A stretch of DNA of 64,000 nt from Haplodiscus bocki (lineage: Eukaryota): the NCBI GenBank assembly GCA_965655095.1, contig OZ296649.1:103974001-104038000 (forward strand). Reading direction: 5' to 3'. Position 1 is the first letter of the stretch; each line of letters opens with the position of its first letter. The notes under the pieces were generated by a model. It was not told the DNA's origin, did no database searches, and saw nothing but the letters and a program-made list of their open reading frames with translations. Below are positions 33,901 to 47,369 of the stretch, one piece after another. Position numbers and translations under genes: made by a program.

Positions 33901-34130
33901 AATCGCTGATGGAAGTAGCCGCGCCCCTTCTACGACACACTGCCTCCTCTAAAATGACGAATACATATGTTATAATGTGTTTGATCTGATATGAGAGGAG
34001 AGGGGGAAGGATGCCAAATCTGCAATAGTTCATACAATTCAACTTTTCATTAAAAAACACATCTACAGTTGAAGTAACGTATATGCAGGGAACAGTTAAG
34101 GATGAAAATGAGGTTTTTGAAAGTCAAAAG

Positions 34131-34693
34131 TGAATTTCATCAATGCAAAGATTTTAGTGTCGCAGTCACGATAAAAGCGGATGACATTTGGAAGAGTAAG
34201 GCAATTCAGCAACTTCTAGAGAGCGGTGTTGAAGAAAAGCGTTTTGGAATTTAGTAATGAATTGGACGTTGCTATATTTTTGGGGTTCGTTGCAGTTGTC
34301 GGTTTAAACTTCACGGAAATTAAATCAAAAATATATCTCCTGTACTCAGTGAAAACTTGAGGGCAGAGTTGGATTCTGATGGTTCAGGTCTGGATAACTG
34401 ACATTGTCCAGTATTGGAGACAGAAGTCTATTGGCGAGCGGACAAGTTTCTTGGAGGCATGAGTCACATTCGTTTTTGGTTAGTTAAGAGAAAACCCTTT
34501 CAACCTTTCGACTGTTACTCTTCTGAACTGTTGATTTTGAGATCAGTTCTCATCAATATTGAAAAAAATTGTGAACAAATAATTAAGTTAGCTGAATTGA
34601 TTTGAAGCTCATTATTTGAACCTAAAAATCAAGCCATTCGGGGCTTAATTTGAAGTTCATCTGTCTTCAACGAAGGTATTTTGTTCCAGTACA
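34131..34693 (-). repeat. 3' LTR
   Basis: 34385-34693 aligns with 47912-48217. Begins TGTAC on the minus strand, directly after the polypurine tract GAAGGGAAGAAAAGTGA (34694-34710). Confidence 0.8.
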
Positions 34694-35049
34694 TCACTTT
34701 TCTTCCCTTCAAATACTTGCGGCCTGTTAAAAAAGACCATCATACGTTTTAAGGAGTCTAGTATCTTTGTTGAATTGAAAAGACTGAAACTTTCAAGTTG
34801 AGTTGATGGAAAGGGACAGGATGAACCCGAGAATTCCCAAAAAAGTGAGAGAATCCCATGAGAAAGATAGGCTGAAAAAAAATTAGCCAGCTTAAATATC
34901 CCATTGCCCGAAAACGTCACGTGGTCGTGGTTGTGTGCGCCAGTCCTAAGTTGTTAGTTTTTCAGCTTGTGATGTTGTTTGAACCAGAATATACTACTTT
35001 CATTATTTGATAGAAAAACAAAAGATTAAAAATGATAGCAATTCCCATA

Positions 35050-37417
35050 CATTATGATTGATCGAGGATGATGTGAAACCGATCAAACACTTGTAGATTC
35101 ATGAGGGTCAGGAAACATTTGAAATGATTTAACAATGGAAGGATCGACAAGTTCAAGGGTGTCATCCATTTGAATGACACCGGCAGGAGCATTTCGTATG
35201 ACTGACTGAGCCATGGAGACGGAAGGTTTTGTGGGAAAAAGAACAGCACTATGTTGGGGAAAACGAAAGCGATGTCCCATTTTTTTTGAAGAGCTGGTAA
35301 AGTCATGAGGTGTGCCTTGGGAACAAGAATATGTAATTTGGCAGCTTTTTTGCGATTATCTGCTGTGACTATATTTGAAAACAGCCGATCTGATAGATGA
35401 AATTATTGGTAAGTAAACAAAAAAAGCAGGTGTAGTACTGTCCAAACCATAAAAACAGTAACAGTTAGTGAATGAAAATCTATATGGCACAAACTAGTTA
35501 AACTTTTTCAGGAGAGGGGGTTTCAAAAAATTCATGTCACTTGCAAAAGGTGCGAAAGGACGCGCTGTTTCTACAAGTCGGTTGACTTCATGCACTCTCG
35601 GACTGTGTAACAGTTGTGTCCTAACTTCTTTCAAAGCTTCAGTCCTGTTTCTGCTTGGGAATCATCAGCAGGTAATTCGTCCAGGGGGGAACTTGCATGA
35701 AAGGAGATGCTAACGGATTTGGCAAGGAAACTTGCAACTTGATCGCCGGTATCCGAGAGCAACTGGCTAAATCAGATCGGATTCTGGTCTTCTTTGTCAT
35801 GATCGGTTTATCACATTTAAGTGTGATGATGCAGATGCGACAACCATTAAATTAATGTGTTTTTGATGGTTTTATGGCATGAGTTTCACGAAAACTGAAA
35901 GCATCAGATGCAGATGACATCAACCAAATGCCAAAAATTAAGTTCATGGCTAGTTAATTAGTTGGTAACGAAACAAGAGAAGTGTCACAAACTGAAAGAG
36001 CATCAACTGAAGACTCATAGAACAAAGTGGCATTAGATGAAGATTGCACAATTCCTGTCGGAAAAGTTTCGGAACAATGTCGATACTTAGACGAACCGAG
36101 ATAGTGTTCAAACTGCACAGGAGATAGGACAGAAGCTTCCTATTGGTCCTCAGAAATAGTGAGGTGTTGAGCTTAGAGGCTCCATATAAGAGCCGCTTGA
36201 GGGTCATTGGGACAGGGCATTGAGACGAATTTCTTCCTCTGAGAGTGGAAAAAAGTTCTTGATGAGATGCCTCATGTATGTTAAGGGTCAACAAGAGCCC
36301 TTCTGGTAACGTAATGGCATCGGCGAACGGAAGAAAGTCTTAGGAAAATAACACGTCGGTCATCGGAATAGCTAACGAGAGGCAATGTGCGGCGTTATTC
36401 TGCTGAATTGCTACACATTATAAGAAGACAATTAGTGAATCCATTGGATTTAGGGACATTGGTAAATCACCTCGTAGAAGAATGCGAATGGTATTCAAAA
36501 GGTTCGCGCAGTAAGCAAACAAAACTGACCGGTTGCTTTTAATATTTGAAAGAATCATAAACAAGAGAGGAGGCAAAATATCAAAACTAAAAGTAGGCTG
36601 CTGGTTCCAGAAAAACATGTCGTTACAATCTCGAATAAAATAACAGTTCATTTCGAAAGTATCAGATTGTTGCTAGACACGGGCCCATTTGCGATTTTGG
36701 ATCGATGCCCTCTCGGCCTGAATTGCGTTCAGGGCAACGAGTTTACTTTCGACTAGGAAAAATTTTTTGCCAGTGTCAGTAAAAAATTCCGTAACCAATT
36801 GCATCAGGACGTCCTGGAGATCTTAATTTGTCCGGATACTCTAAGCACTGGCTTTTGCTTTGTCGTGGCCACCGCCAAAATTTCCACGAAGAACGCAACC
36901 ATCGGAGGTAACCATGGCAACACCAGCTCCGAAGAGGAGAACCGCGCCAAAAGCCAGCTAATCCTTCATCAGCACCACGGCGCTGTCGCCTGGGTTGGAA
37001 ATCAGAGGAGGGACCTAAAACCATTGAACTTTCATTTACAAATGTCGATAAGTCGTGATGTGATACCTGAATTTCGTGATCAGTTTGAAAAAACATCCAG
37101 TGAACATTAGAACCAGACGAATTGGATGCTAAATGACTGGAAAAATTGAGAGGGCAGAACAGTAGAGTTAGTTCCTACATTGATGAAAAACGTTAATTAA
37201 GTTGTTCAAGGTCAGGTTTCATAGAGAAGTAGTAAGTCGGAAGCGATACCAATGATTCGACGCGAACAAACTTTTTTGTTAATAAAATTTTACTCTGTTC
37301 ATTGAAGATGATCTCTTTTTCTAGAAATTCGCTAGGGTTGTTAGAGGGTTCGATATTAGAGGCCCATTGAGTTCGAACGGAAGTAGTGGTGAAAAGCAAA
37401 AGCAAGAAAAAGAACAT
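35050..37417 (-). pseudogene. env-like class I fusion glycoprotein remnant
   Basis: Signal peptide MFFFLLLLFTTTSVRT; furin site RRQRR (~36980-36995) followed by a Gly-rich hydrophobic segment GAVLLFGAGVAMV; hydrophobic segment near 35410-35480. Confidence 0.72.
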
Positions 37418-38529
37418 GTGTTTGAGATTTTAACTTTTGTTACTCAGAAAATACTTCAAAGTTGAATCAAAAGTGGAAGAGTGATCAAAAATCACAGCGC
37501 GATCATTCGTGATTTGTCAAGGCTGTCGGAAAGTCAGTTGTTCCGCGATGTTTTCAAAGTTCGCGGATGCAAAAATTTGAACAAACAAACCGTGACAAAA
37601 AAAGCGGATGGTCACTTTTCTCTGAAAATTTTTGATGGTTTTGAAAAATTCCGACCCGATAGTTCGAAATAAAAATGAAAGAAGGAGGCACATTGCATTT
37701 AGCTTTGAAAGCGAAAAGAAAAAGAAAGTTTGAGAATATGGTGTGGTTTTTTACAACGGTTCGCGGTGAGCGTTTTTGTTTGTCCGGTTTGTAAATGTCC
37801 AGAAGATACTTCGTAGTCTTTCAGCCTGAAAATGAAAATGAGCACACTTATTACTATATGTACCAGTGTGGGCATTTTGCAGGTGATGGCGTGTTTTGAA
37901 AAGATGTAGCATGGCCACGAGTTCCAATGCTGTCCAAATGGGACAACTTTCAAACGGTACAACAAACAGATATAGGCGGAGGATGTCAACGCAATTTGTG
38001 AAAACATACAATTGCCAGTTGTGCCGAAGGGAACATCAACTGCATGTCTGATACTGGTTAACAGGGCCACAAACGTATGTTGTCTGTGCCATCTCTGTTT
38101 TGTAGTGGCGTATGTGATATATCGTTTCAACCGTTATATGTAGTGGGGCCTATAACTGGGCAATAAAAGGGAGGGAAAAAGTCATTGGTATTGTGTGCTC
38201 TGAAAACCAACTGAGATATCCATTTTGTGTTCGTTTTGCTGACCGCTTTAGCACCAGAGGTCGTAGTGTTCTGGACAGTTTTTGGAAAAAGGTTGACGGT
38301 GTGACCCAAAATTACAAACCGGTGTTTTTTTGTGTTTTTGTTTTGCTCATTTCAAGTTTCTGTTCTTGGTCTTGTTTTTAATTGGACTTTTTTTGCAGTA
38401 AATGTCACTGGTTATTATGGTTTTTATCTATAAGTTTTCTTGCAATCAAAAGGGCAAAAGGTGCAGGCAGAACTAGAAGAGACTAAGGTTGAATACTTGA
38501 AAAAGGTGTAAGAATGAACAGCGGATACT

Positions 38530-40445
38530 GGCAAACGTGCTTACTATTCTTAGCAGAACTAAAAGGGGACTCGGAATAAATTCAGAGGCCCCCTGTATTT
38601 TGTTGAGAGATCAATGGTAGCAAACCACGTAATAGAACTAAAATTGAAAGCGCTATCAAAGAACGCTGAGATGTTTTTATAATGCGCCAATTTGCTCAGA
38701 ACAAAGAAAGCAAAACTTTCCTGTTTAATAGGTGCGTTTTTTCAACCAAATTTTTGCGAACTGAGACCGAGCAAAAGGGATTTCAAATCGTTTGGAAGAC
38801 AATTGACAAGATTGCCAAGAACGCAAAAAAGCAAAACTATCCAAAAGAACCAAAGAATGTAAAAAGTGCAGATAATGCAAGGATTGCAAAAAATCCACAG
38901 AAAGAATAACAAAAAGCAAAAATTGCACAGAATGCAAGAAATTGCAAAGAATGCAAAGTTTGCGAAAAATTCGAAAAATGCAAAGAATGCAACGAATTCA
39001 AAGAATGCAAAAAATACACAGACTGCACCGATTGCAAAAAAAATGCAAAGAGTGCAGAGAATGCGAGTAATGCACGGAATGCAAAGGATTCAAAGAATGC
39101 CAAAATTGCAAAGAATTCAAAAATTCCAAAAAATGCAAATGTTGCAGTGCAAATAGTGCAAAGAATGCAAAAAATCCACAGAAAGATAGAATTCAAAAAA
39201 GCAAAGATTGCCAGATTGCAGAGAATGCAAGAAATTGCAAAGAATGCAAAGTTTGCGAAGAAAGCAAGGACTGCACAGATTGCGAAGAATGCAAAAAATG
39301 CAAACAATGCAGATAATACGCAGAGTGCAAAGAATGCAAAAAACGCAGGACTGCATAAATTGCAAAAATTGCACAGAAAGTAAACAAGTCAAACAATGCA
39401 AAAAAGCAAAGATTGCAAAGGATGCATGAAATTGCAAATAATGCAAAGTATGCAAAAAAGGCGATCAATGAGAAAAAGCAATGAATGCAAAGAGGTCAAA
39501 GATTGCAAAGGTTGCACAGAATGCACAGACTGCAGCGAATGCAAAAAAGGCAAAGATTGCAAAAAATGCAAAAAGTGCATAAATTTCAAACATCGCTCAG
39601 AATGCCAGAAATTCAAAGAATGCAAACGTTGCAAAGAATGCAAAGAGTCTTGAGAATGCAAATATTGCCAAGAAGTCAAAGAAGGCAAAGAGTGCAAAAA
39701 AATGAAAACAAGGCAAGGAATGTAAAGATGGCAAAGAATGCAAAAAACTTCAAAGAATGCAAAATATGCAAAGTATGCTGAGAATGCAAGTAATGCACGA
39801 ATGCAAAGATTACAAAAAATGCCAAGAATGCAAAACATGCAAAAATGCATGGAAAGAAAACGATTGAAAGAATGCAAAGATTGCAAAGAAAGCAAAATTT
39901 TCCAAGAAAGCAAAGAAGTCAAAGAACGCAAAAAAGGCAAATATTGCCTAGAATTCCAAGATAGCCAATTGTACCGACAATGTCAGGATTGCCAAGAAAG
40001 CAAAAATTGTGAAAAGTGCATCAAATGCAAAGAACGCAAAGAATGCGAAATTTGCCGAGAATGCTAAGATTGCGGAGATCGCCGAAATTGCCGAGGTTGT
40101 CAAAATAGGCGAGGCTGAAAAAATAGGACGTCTCAAAGCGTTCGAAATCCGTCTTCTTTCGAAAGATAGATGGGTTTTCCGTCAAAAAAAATGCTTTCTT
40201 CTCGAAGTCCCTAAGGGTGGCAAAATCTCTGTAGAACGCGTCTAAAATTGTAATGTTTCCTAGGAATAACATTTCCGCCCTAGTTTTGAGGTTTTTTGGA
40301 AAAAAAGCAGGAAACTTTGAACGTTGGAAAAGTTAGAAAAAACGATGAAAAAAATTACTTTTTTAAGAAAGGTTATTTTTAGAGGCTTTTTCTCACAAAA
40401 ATGAGAAGGCGTAAAATGTAACGGACGTAGCCGGCCGTTTTGTTA
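38530..40445 (+). mobile_element. Non-autonomous insertion (Helentron/HINE-like) with central tandem repeat, nested in the Gypsy element
   Basis: Ends ...GTAGCCGGCCGTTTTGTT; 40200-40445 is homologous to 51230-51475. Class assignment and left boundary are inferred. Confidence 0.5.
38800..40110 (+). repeat. Degenerate 9-bp tandem repeat (AAGAATGCA)n, ~1.3 kb
   Basis: Clear 9-bp periodicity giving KNA/RMQ/ECK pseudo-ORFs in all frames. Confidence 0.92.
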
Positions 40446-42929
40446 GCTGAGGGTTCAAATCCAGCCTAGAAAATAAATTTTTTGTTTTTTGTTTTGTTTT
40501 TACAATGAAAAATCCGATTAGGAAAATTTACAGGTATGATGTGGAAATATGAAGCCAACCGGATGATTTTTCGAGATTTTGGAAGTCCTTTTGAATTTTT
40601 ACTGAAGTTTGTGGAAAACGATCAGGCGACGGAGTCTATGTGAGTTGAGGAATTTAGAGTTACTGGAATGAATGAAAGTGGTGAATTCAAATGACTGCGC
40701 AGCTCCGTCGTTAAGTTGTAGGGCTTCGCCCTTCTCCAAAATCATCTTGACATTGCCGTCCACGCCATAGTGTAGTCTGACAAGTCGGTAGGATCAATCA
40801 TTGTCTCTCGATGCCTGAAAGTGGATTGGAAAATCCGCCTAGTCAAGCACATTAAACTGTTCAAAAAATGAGAAAAAAGCAACTTTATCTGAATCGATGG
40901 TAAAAGATGAAAGGAAATGCCTTCACAGATGGAAAATTCGGGTTGCTCGGAACAAAACTAATCAAACAAAGTGGAATATTGCAATGTTGACTCTGAAAAG
41001 GGTAAACATCCATCAGAATTGGTAACGACTACTGAAGAGGCAATTGTCAAAAGAAAAGTTTTTCAATTTTGAAACTTTATTGATCATGATTGAAAAAAAG
41101 TGTCCGTAAAAAAGTTTGAAAACAGTTTACAATTCTTTCCACGGGTTGTTTAAGAAGTATGATGGAGCCCTTAATGTACAAGGGCATCATGGCGATTGTG
41201 AAGGAGAAGAAATTGGATGAGGAGGTAAAACTAAAAAACACAGAGCAATGATGGCCAAGAGATTAGAAATATTGACTGTGAAGAGTAAAAAATGATTTCG
41301 ACTGGACAGACCGTGCTCTCCAAAGAAGACTAAGTCAGAAAATGAGGTCAATCCTAATCAAGAACGAAAAATCACAAGGTATAGACGTGAAACTCTTGAA
41401 AGAAATTCAAGAAAAAGGATACACACTACCCTATTTTGTAGGCGGAGTAGAACAAGGATGTTTGTTGTACGTATTAAGGTTAACTACAATCACGTTAGAA
41501 GAACTGTATGAGTGAAGTGAGAGGCAAAGCTGTTGACAATGTTTTTCTCAGGGCATAACATGACTGTCCGACATGTTTTTGGCGTAGGCATCAAAGGAAT
41601 CAATGGCAAAGAGCAGTAAGTTTCCCTGAACATCAAGGACAAGAGTTTTCTGATGTGCTTAGGGGCACAATTCTATCAAATGGGTGACGATTACTCTGGG
41701 CAAAAAACGGATGCGTTATAACAGCCGGGGCCAGCACCATGTCCAGTCAAGTTCATCGAGGACGGCCGGGCATGCCGGTTTTTGAGCTTGTTTGACCAAT
41801 TGACTGAACAAAAAAAAGATTAGTGAGAAATTATCTTGCTGCAACGGTCGGTATAATAAGGGAACCAAGCGTAGGTATGTTGATATTTCATAAGAAAAGA
41901 AAGAACGCAGTACGCTGAAACAAGATACGCCATTGGAAGAGAAATGCCAAAGGAGGTTTTCGCATAGGAGGCAGTACCTATAATGGGACAAGTCGGCAAA
42001 CCCAGAGGGATCAATGCCGTGTGTAAAAACCGGACAAATTTCAGACAACTTTGGGTAAGTATGGAATTCAAACTAGAGGATTGGTTTCACCTAATACTTG
42101 AAGAGTTTGAATGATAGCTATTAGTGACTGCACGTTGGCTCCAGCACAATACTTTATTGTTCTGGTAATATGAAGATGGGAGGGGCTGGGTTTGATATCC
42201 AGGGCAGCCATGAATGGGACGCACCAGTAACGAATTCTTGTCCCACTGCATTCATTTCCAAATACACAGGGCTTTTCACTGCGAGCCATTAGTGCAGCGG
42301 CCCATAGATGGGATTGTCAGAGTAAATTTTTAAGCACGCAACAAAAACGGCAGCGTATAAAACGTCGTCGTGAAAAATTTTAGCGACGATTCGTTTTATA
42401 GGAAACCCAGTGAATGCGAGAGACCCTTCTCAAAAGGAGGAAAGTATGCTTGGGACTGACAAACATGGTTCAACTACAGTCTTGATCATCTTTTCGTTCC
42501 AAAATCAGTATTACTAATTTTTTATTGATTACTAAGAAAAAATATGGCACCAGGCGCTCTACAGAGGCTTTTCTTCAGGAGAACACACTTCAAGAAACGT
42601 TTTGAAGCATTTTGAGAATCGGTTTCGGCATTTTTGGTTTCTGATTATCAAAGAATGGTAGAGGTTGCGTTTGCGTTTGACGAAGATTTTGAAAGATACT
42701 CCGTGGGTTTTCGATTAGAGGGTGACAATCGATTGCGCATGTCGATATTAGGTTGCAATGAGAATTCCAGCAAAATGTCACAGATTGACATTGAGAAATG
42801 TCTTCAAAGGTCAAATATGAAATTTGGAGAAATTGGACCTAATTAGACTGAAATTTGAACGTATAAACGAAATATTAACAGCCTAAAAGGTTGTTGACTG
42901 CTGATGCGGTATCCTGGCCTAGCGTGTGG

Positions 42930-43320
42930 GTTAAAATAAAAAAATTTTCAGAGTTTAACCAGAAAAGAAATTGAATAAATTGGAAAAAAACTGTCGGCCA
43001 TTGTAACTGATCATAGCCACAACCAGGTTTAGAAATGGCTATTTCTTGTATGTCATGCCGCTTCAACTGTTGAATTAACGCTTGGAAGATTAGCTCTAGA
43101 GTTTTGTTCGGGGTTTATGAAGAAATTGTCTTCTGTCATCAAACTGTAAAGATCGATTCTTTGACCCATCAGAATAGGCAACCAACGAGCCAGATGGGAA
43201 AGCATTTAAGGACATTTTTTGCACTTCCTTTAGTTAATGATAGCAACAAGAGAGTGTTGAAAAAATTTTTTCCCATACCAAAATCCGAGGAAACGCAGCA
43301 AGCTATGCATGTAGTAGTTG
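42930..43320 (-). pseudogene. TARG1/OARD1-like macrodomain in the Gypsy extra ORF
   Basis: CIACCVSSDFGMGK ... YSLMTE ... IAISKPGCGYDQLQWPTV, matching the AHCxSxDxxMGxG and MPxIGCGLDxLxW motifs of this family. Confidence 0.75.
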
Positions 43321-44139
43321 TTAAAAAAATTTACTTCGAAAAACAACAAAATTTCCGTTGGACGTTTGATTCAAGAACTGCATTTACAAAACTAGAAGAT
43401 GATAAATGTATCTTCAAAATCTTCAAAGTATAAGGAGACTTGATTTTATTACCTTTCCAGGTTTTGAGGTAGAGTCTGCTGCTGTCATGTATGACTAAAA
43501 GGTTTTGGAATTGAAGCGGGACTAGAATTACATAGGTCTCCTTTGGGAGCCCGACAAAAGTGTGCAAGACTAGGTTCCAATGAATCGAAAAGGGCGTGTT
43601 TTTTTAGCTTGAGCTCTAGTGAATCTCTTATGACTATTATGTACTGGTTGAAACCGGCTAGTTTGAGGAGAGGCTCCCTGTCACTGAAAACGAGTTTCGC
43701 AATTCTTGATCGGAGGAACGTTTTGGCGGTGGCGTGAAAGTTGCCGGTCAGTAGTCACCGCCTCGGCTCGTAATCTTTGCTCCACTGGATCAACGCCAAA
43801 GGGAGTTTTCGATACTATCCGAATTTTTTGGTAGTTACCATTAAGCAATGCATCGTCAGAGCTGGCAGAAATACGGAAATCGTGAGTAGTTGAGGTCGCT
43901 CTAATGCTTGTGGCTCTGCCGCGTCAACATAGGCTTTTTCGGGTGTCACCAAGGCAACTGAGGCTCCTGGCACAGCAAGTGGACGCAAAGGATCCGGTGC
44001 AGCTGCCATCCCAACTGTTACGGGTGCTGGAGTGATCGGATAACGAAAACTAACAGAAACGGGTGGCGAGTCTTCCGTCACAGTGCGTTTTGCAACCCCT
44101 GCCGTGGGAGGTTCCAACAAAGGAGGAATACTTTGTTAA

Positions 44140-46000
44140 ACGTTGATCCACGAAAGTGGCCCAACGATGGATCTTTTTGAAAGTTTTCAAAATTCATGAG
44201 CGTTAGTTCATCAAAGTGACCTTGCGGATTGACAGGTCAAAAGCGAACTTTGTCGACGCATTTTGTGTAGTTCGTGCCAACTTTGCGGAATATGTAATTA
44301 CAGTTGGTCAGAAAATTCCAATACGGCAGAAAAGAAGCCAAATGGGTAAGGATAAACTTGCAAAATCTGATTGGGTCAGTATTTCAGGATTTAACAAAAG
44401 ACAATTTGAACAGGACTGGCTTCGGCTTTAAATTTGTAGTAAGCAATGCATCGGTTGAACATATCGCTCACTTTGAGTTTTGTTCTGGAATATTTCTTGT
44501 TCACAGCAACTTTCAGAGCAGTAACATATTCACAATTCGAAGAAGATCGTTTAGCCCAAGTGTTATTGAACCGTAGATTCAAAGGTTTTTTTGGTCCACG
44601 CCCCCGGAAAAGAACTGTAGGACTACAGCCAATTGCTAATTGATAGGACATGTTGTGAATCAAAATTGGCAAATGTACGTGTTCAAATCAATCGTTCCAC
44701 TGATCATTGGTATTTATTTTGCGAATACGTTCAAGTGCGCTATGGGAGCGTTCAACAACGCCTTGTAGATGTTTCAAACTTGCATGTTCTACTTGATTGT
44801 AGAACAATTTCGTTTATTGATGCGATAGGTCACGAAAAAAGGAAGCCCAAAGGTTAGAAAGAATTGTTTCTAGAAAAATACTATGTCGAAAAAACATTGA
44901 CGTCAGCTCGCGGCAATGGTGTTTGCTCTGATGTTTGTCAAAGGGACAGCGAACAAGCATTTAGTAAAGACTTCAAGAGCTGTTGACACAAAACGTTGAA
45001 CTGGTGTTTTTGGTGGTCCAACCAAGTCAAATTGAAGTAATTCATTGGGACAAGAAGGTAATGACGATACTGGTTGTAACAGAGTTTACGAAAATTTTGA
45101 TGGTAAGCGTTTAAGTTGTAGGCAAATGAGCTAGTATCTGATTGAAGAAATTTAAAAAAAAAAACAGTCAAGTTTGGAAAGTAGAACCTTTTTCGAGACT
45201 CGTCGACTATTTTGGCAATGCCGAAAAAACTGGCAGTTTTCGACTTATGAAGGCGGAATGTAACTACGCGCCAGAGCGTTTTTGGTTGAGAGTTTTGTTT
45301 GTATTTCCATTCACCACAAACGTCATAAAATAAACGATAAGAATTATCTTTTTGATAAACACAACCAGGCGATTAGTATTTGTTCGATGCGTTCGTAATG
45401 CTAGCGGTGTGTTTGGTGATTCATCAGGGTTACCCCGATTTTTCCAAAATATCACCTCTTGGATAACCTCATCTTTTTGTTGTTCTGTGACCAAGTCAAG
45501 AGGTTGTGTACAATTCAGTGAATCCTTGAAAATGTCTTCAAAGTCAATAGTTTTGATCAAATTTACTTGCTGAATCAATGAAAGAAAGAAGAAACTCGTT
45601 ATGACAACATCCAGATTGTCAAAACGTTGCCTTGCTAAAAAATGGTCAAAAAGACCATGTTTTTAATTGGTTGATGAATTGAGTATCAGCAACGGGTTGA
45701 ACATCTTCGGAAAATGGCGTAATTTCACTAATATTTGACAATGAAGCGTCCGGTGCATTTGCTTCCGTTTCTACTTCATTTTCACCTATAGATACACGGT
45801 CCGTGAGTTTCATCTGTAAGGTCGAGTTAGGATCGATTTGCGTGACTGGAAAAAAATCGGTATTGCAGTTTGCTTTTCGGGGAATTTCTGCAAGTAGAAT
45901 ATTAAATAAAACTCTGTCCAAGCATCTGCAAAAAATGGATAGCTGCTTTTTGACTGGAAAAACTGTAAACATTTTCGGTTATGCGTAAAAGTTGTTTTCT
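44140..46000 (-). pseudogene. Gypsy pol remnant: RNase H C-terminus and integrase
   Basis: LDRVLFNILLAEIPRKANCNTDFF (HIPGKxNxxADxLSR-like), QQKDEVIQEV, AIGCSPTVLFRGR..PLNLRF. Confidence 0.75.
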
Positions 46001-46099
46001 TTGTTTTGCGTAAAAGAACCTCTCTGGGACTGTTGCGTTTGATTTTTCTGAAAATCGTTCAAATGATTCGTTAATGTACTGTTTCAATCTTCGGTTTTT

Positions 46100-46847
46100 T
46101 TTGAAATTTCATTTAGTCAATTTTCAATTGCTTCTTGACTCGTGCCCAATTTAGTCGAAGCGGTAGCAAGTGCATCTGTAACCGAAGGTCCCATTTCGCT
46201 AAATTCGTCCATGACAGAATCGTCTGTTTTGCAAAGAATATATATTGAAAATTGTTTCCGCGCAAAAATACATAAGTCTTCCACTGGAATATTTTGGGGA
46301 TGCTCTAGCAACTCTGCACGTAGCCATCCAGGCATGTTTCTGATGAATTGTTGTCTAATTTGAATTGTGCGGGTTTCTTGAGCTGAACGTATTTCTGCGC
46401 GGCGCGCTGTTTCTTGGTCGAGCCAAGTTGGTTCAACAGTCTCATCACCTGCATGTGCATCAATTTGAGCAACATCCGGAGGATCTGGATCCGGACAAGC
46501 TTTCATTGCTTTTGTTTTTAAGTTGACCAAAAACTTCTCAGGCGTGTCTGTTTTTGAATCAAAATTTATCTTTTAGAGTTTAAGGACAAATAATTCTTGC
46601 AAATGAGGATTACAAAACCGATCCCTAGGAGCTGTTTTTGAAATTTCCAAATTTTGACGTGTCATCAACGCCAAAGTTTGAAAAATCATGAGGCTGGATC
46701 GCGAAGATGCAATTGCAGAAAGTTCGCTTGTAGATTATTACGAATTGCTCTTACCGCCAAACTACTAAATAACAAGTGTTCGAATTCGCGAAAATTATCA
46801 TTTTGTGAACCAGAATCAGAATCGAGTGTAAGTTGAGGTTGAGCCAT
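46100..46847 (-). pseudogene. Gypsy gag remnant
   Basis: MAQPQL...FLQLHLRD; KAMKACPDP...IRQQFIRNMPGWLRAELLE. Confidence 0.65.
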
Positions 46848-47369
46848 AATTAGTGATTTAAAGTTAAGATTAGGTTTAGTCAAGAGGAATAAAAGTTAAA
46901 ACAATTCAAGTTCGAATAAAAGAAAAACGGAAAATGGAAACTGTTCGAAAGTTATCGTTGAAAAATGAAAACTTACTTGGTGAAACAAGTTTGTTACTTT
47001 TCGAGAGAAAATTTCTCGAAAATTTCAAAAACTTGCTGGAGTTTTTTATTCTTTTTTTGTTAAGGCAGTGGCGATATCAACAGATGAAGAATCGAAGATG
47101 AAGGTTTCGTATCACCCAATCCACAATAAAAACTACATCGTAATTCTAGAGTTGCTTACAACTCAGTTTTAGACAAAGTGAAATGAATTCAGAAACTTTC
47201 AGAAGTAAACTACTTTGAACAGTTTTGAAAGTTTGAATAATTTGAAGAGTATCTTGCAAGCGAATAGTTGAAAAACTTGTGAAGCTGAATGGAAGCAATT
47301 GAGCTATACACGTTTTCAACATCCTAAAATTTACTACATCAAAACTGGTTTTCAACTCACCAACACCAC

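Noticed and set aside
39396-40067. Metallothionein-like CxxC-rich ORFs
   Set aside because: By-product of the 9-bp AAGAATGCA repeat; all frames give similar low-complexity ORFs with frequent frame switches.
40444-40470. tRNA/SINE-like GGTTCAAATCC box (a similar motif occurs at ~55340)
   Set aside because: Isolated B-box-like motif without cloverleaf or A box.
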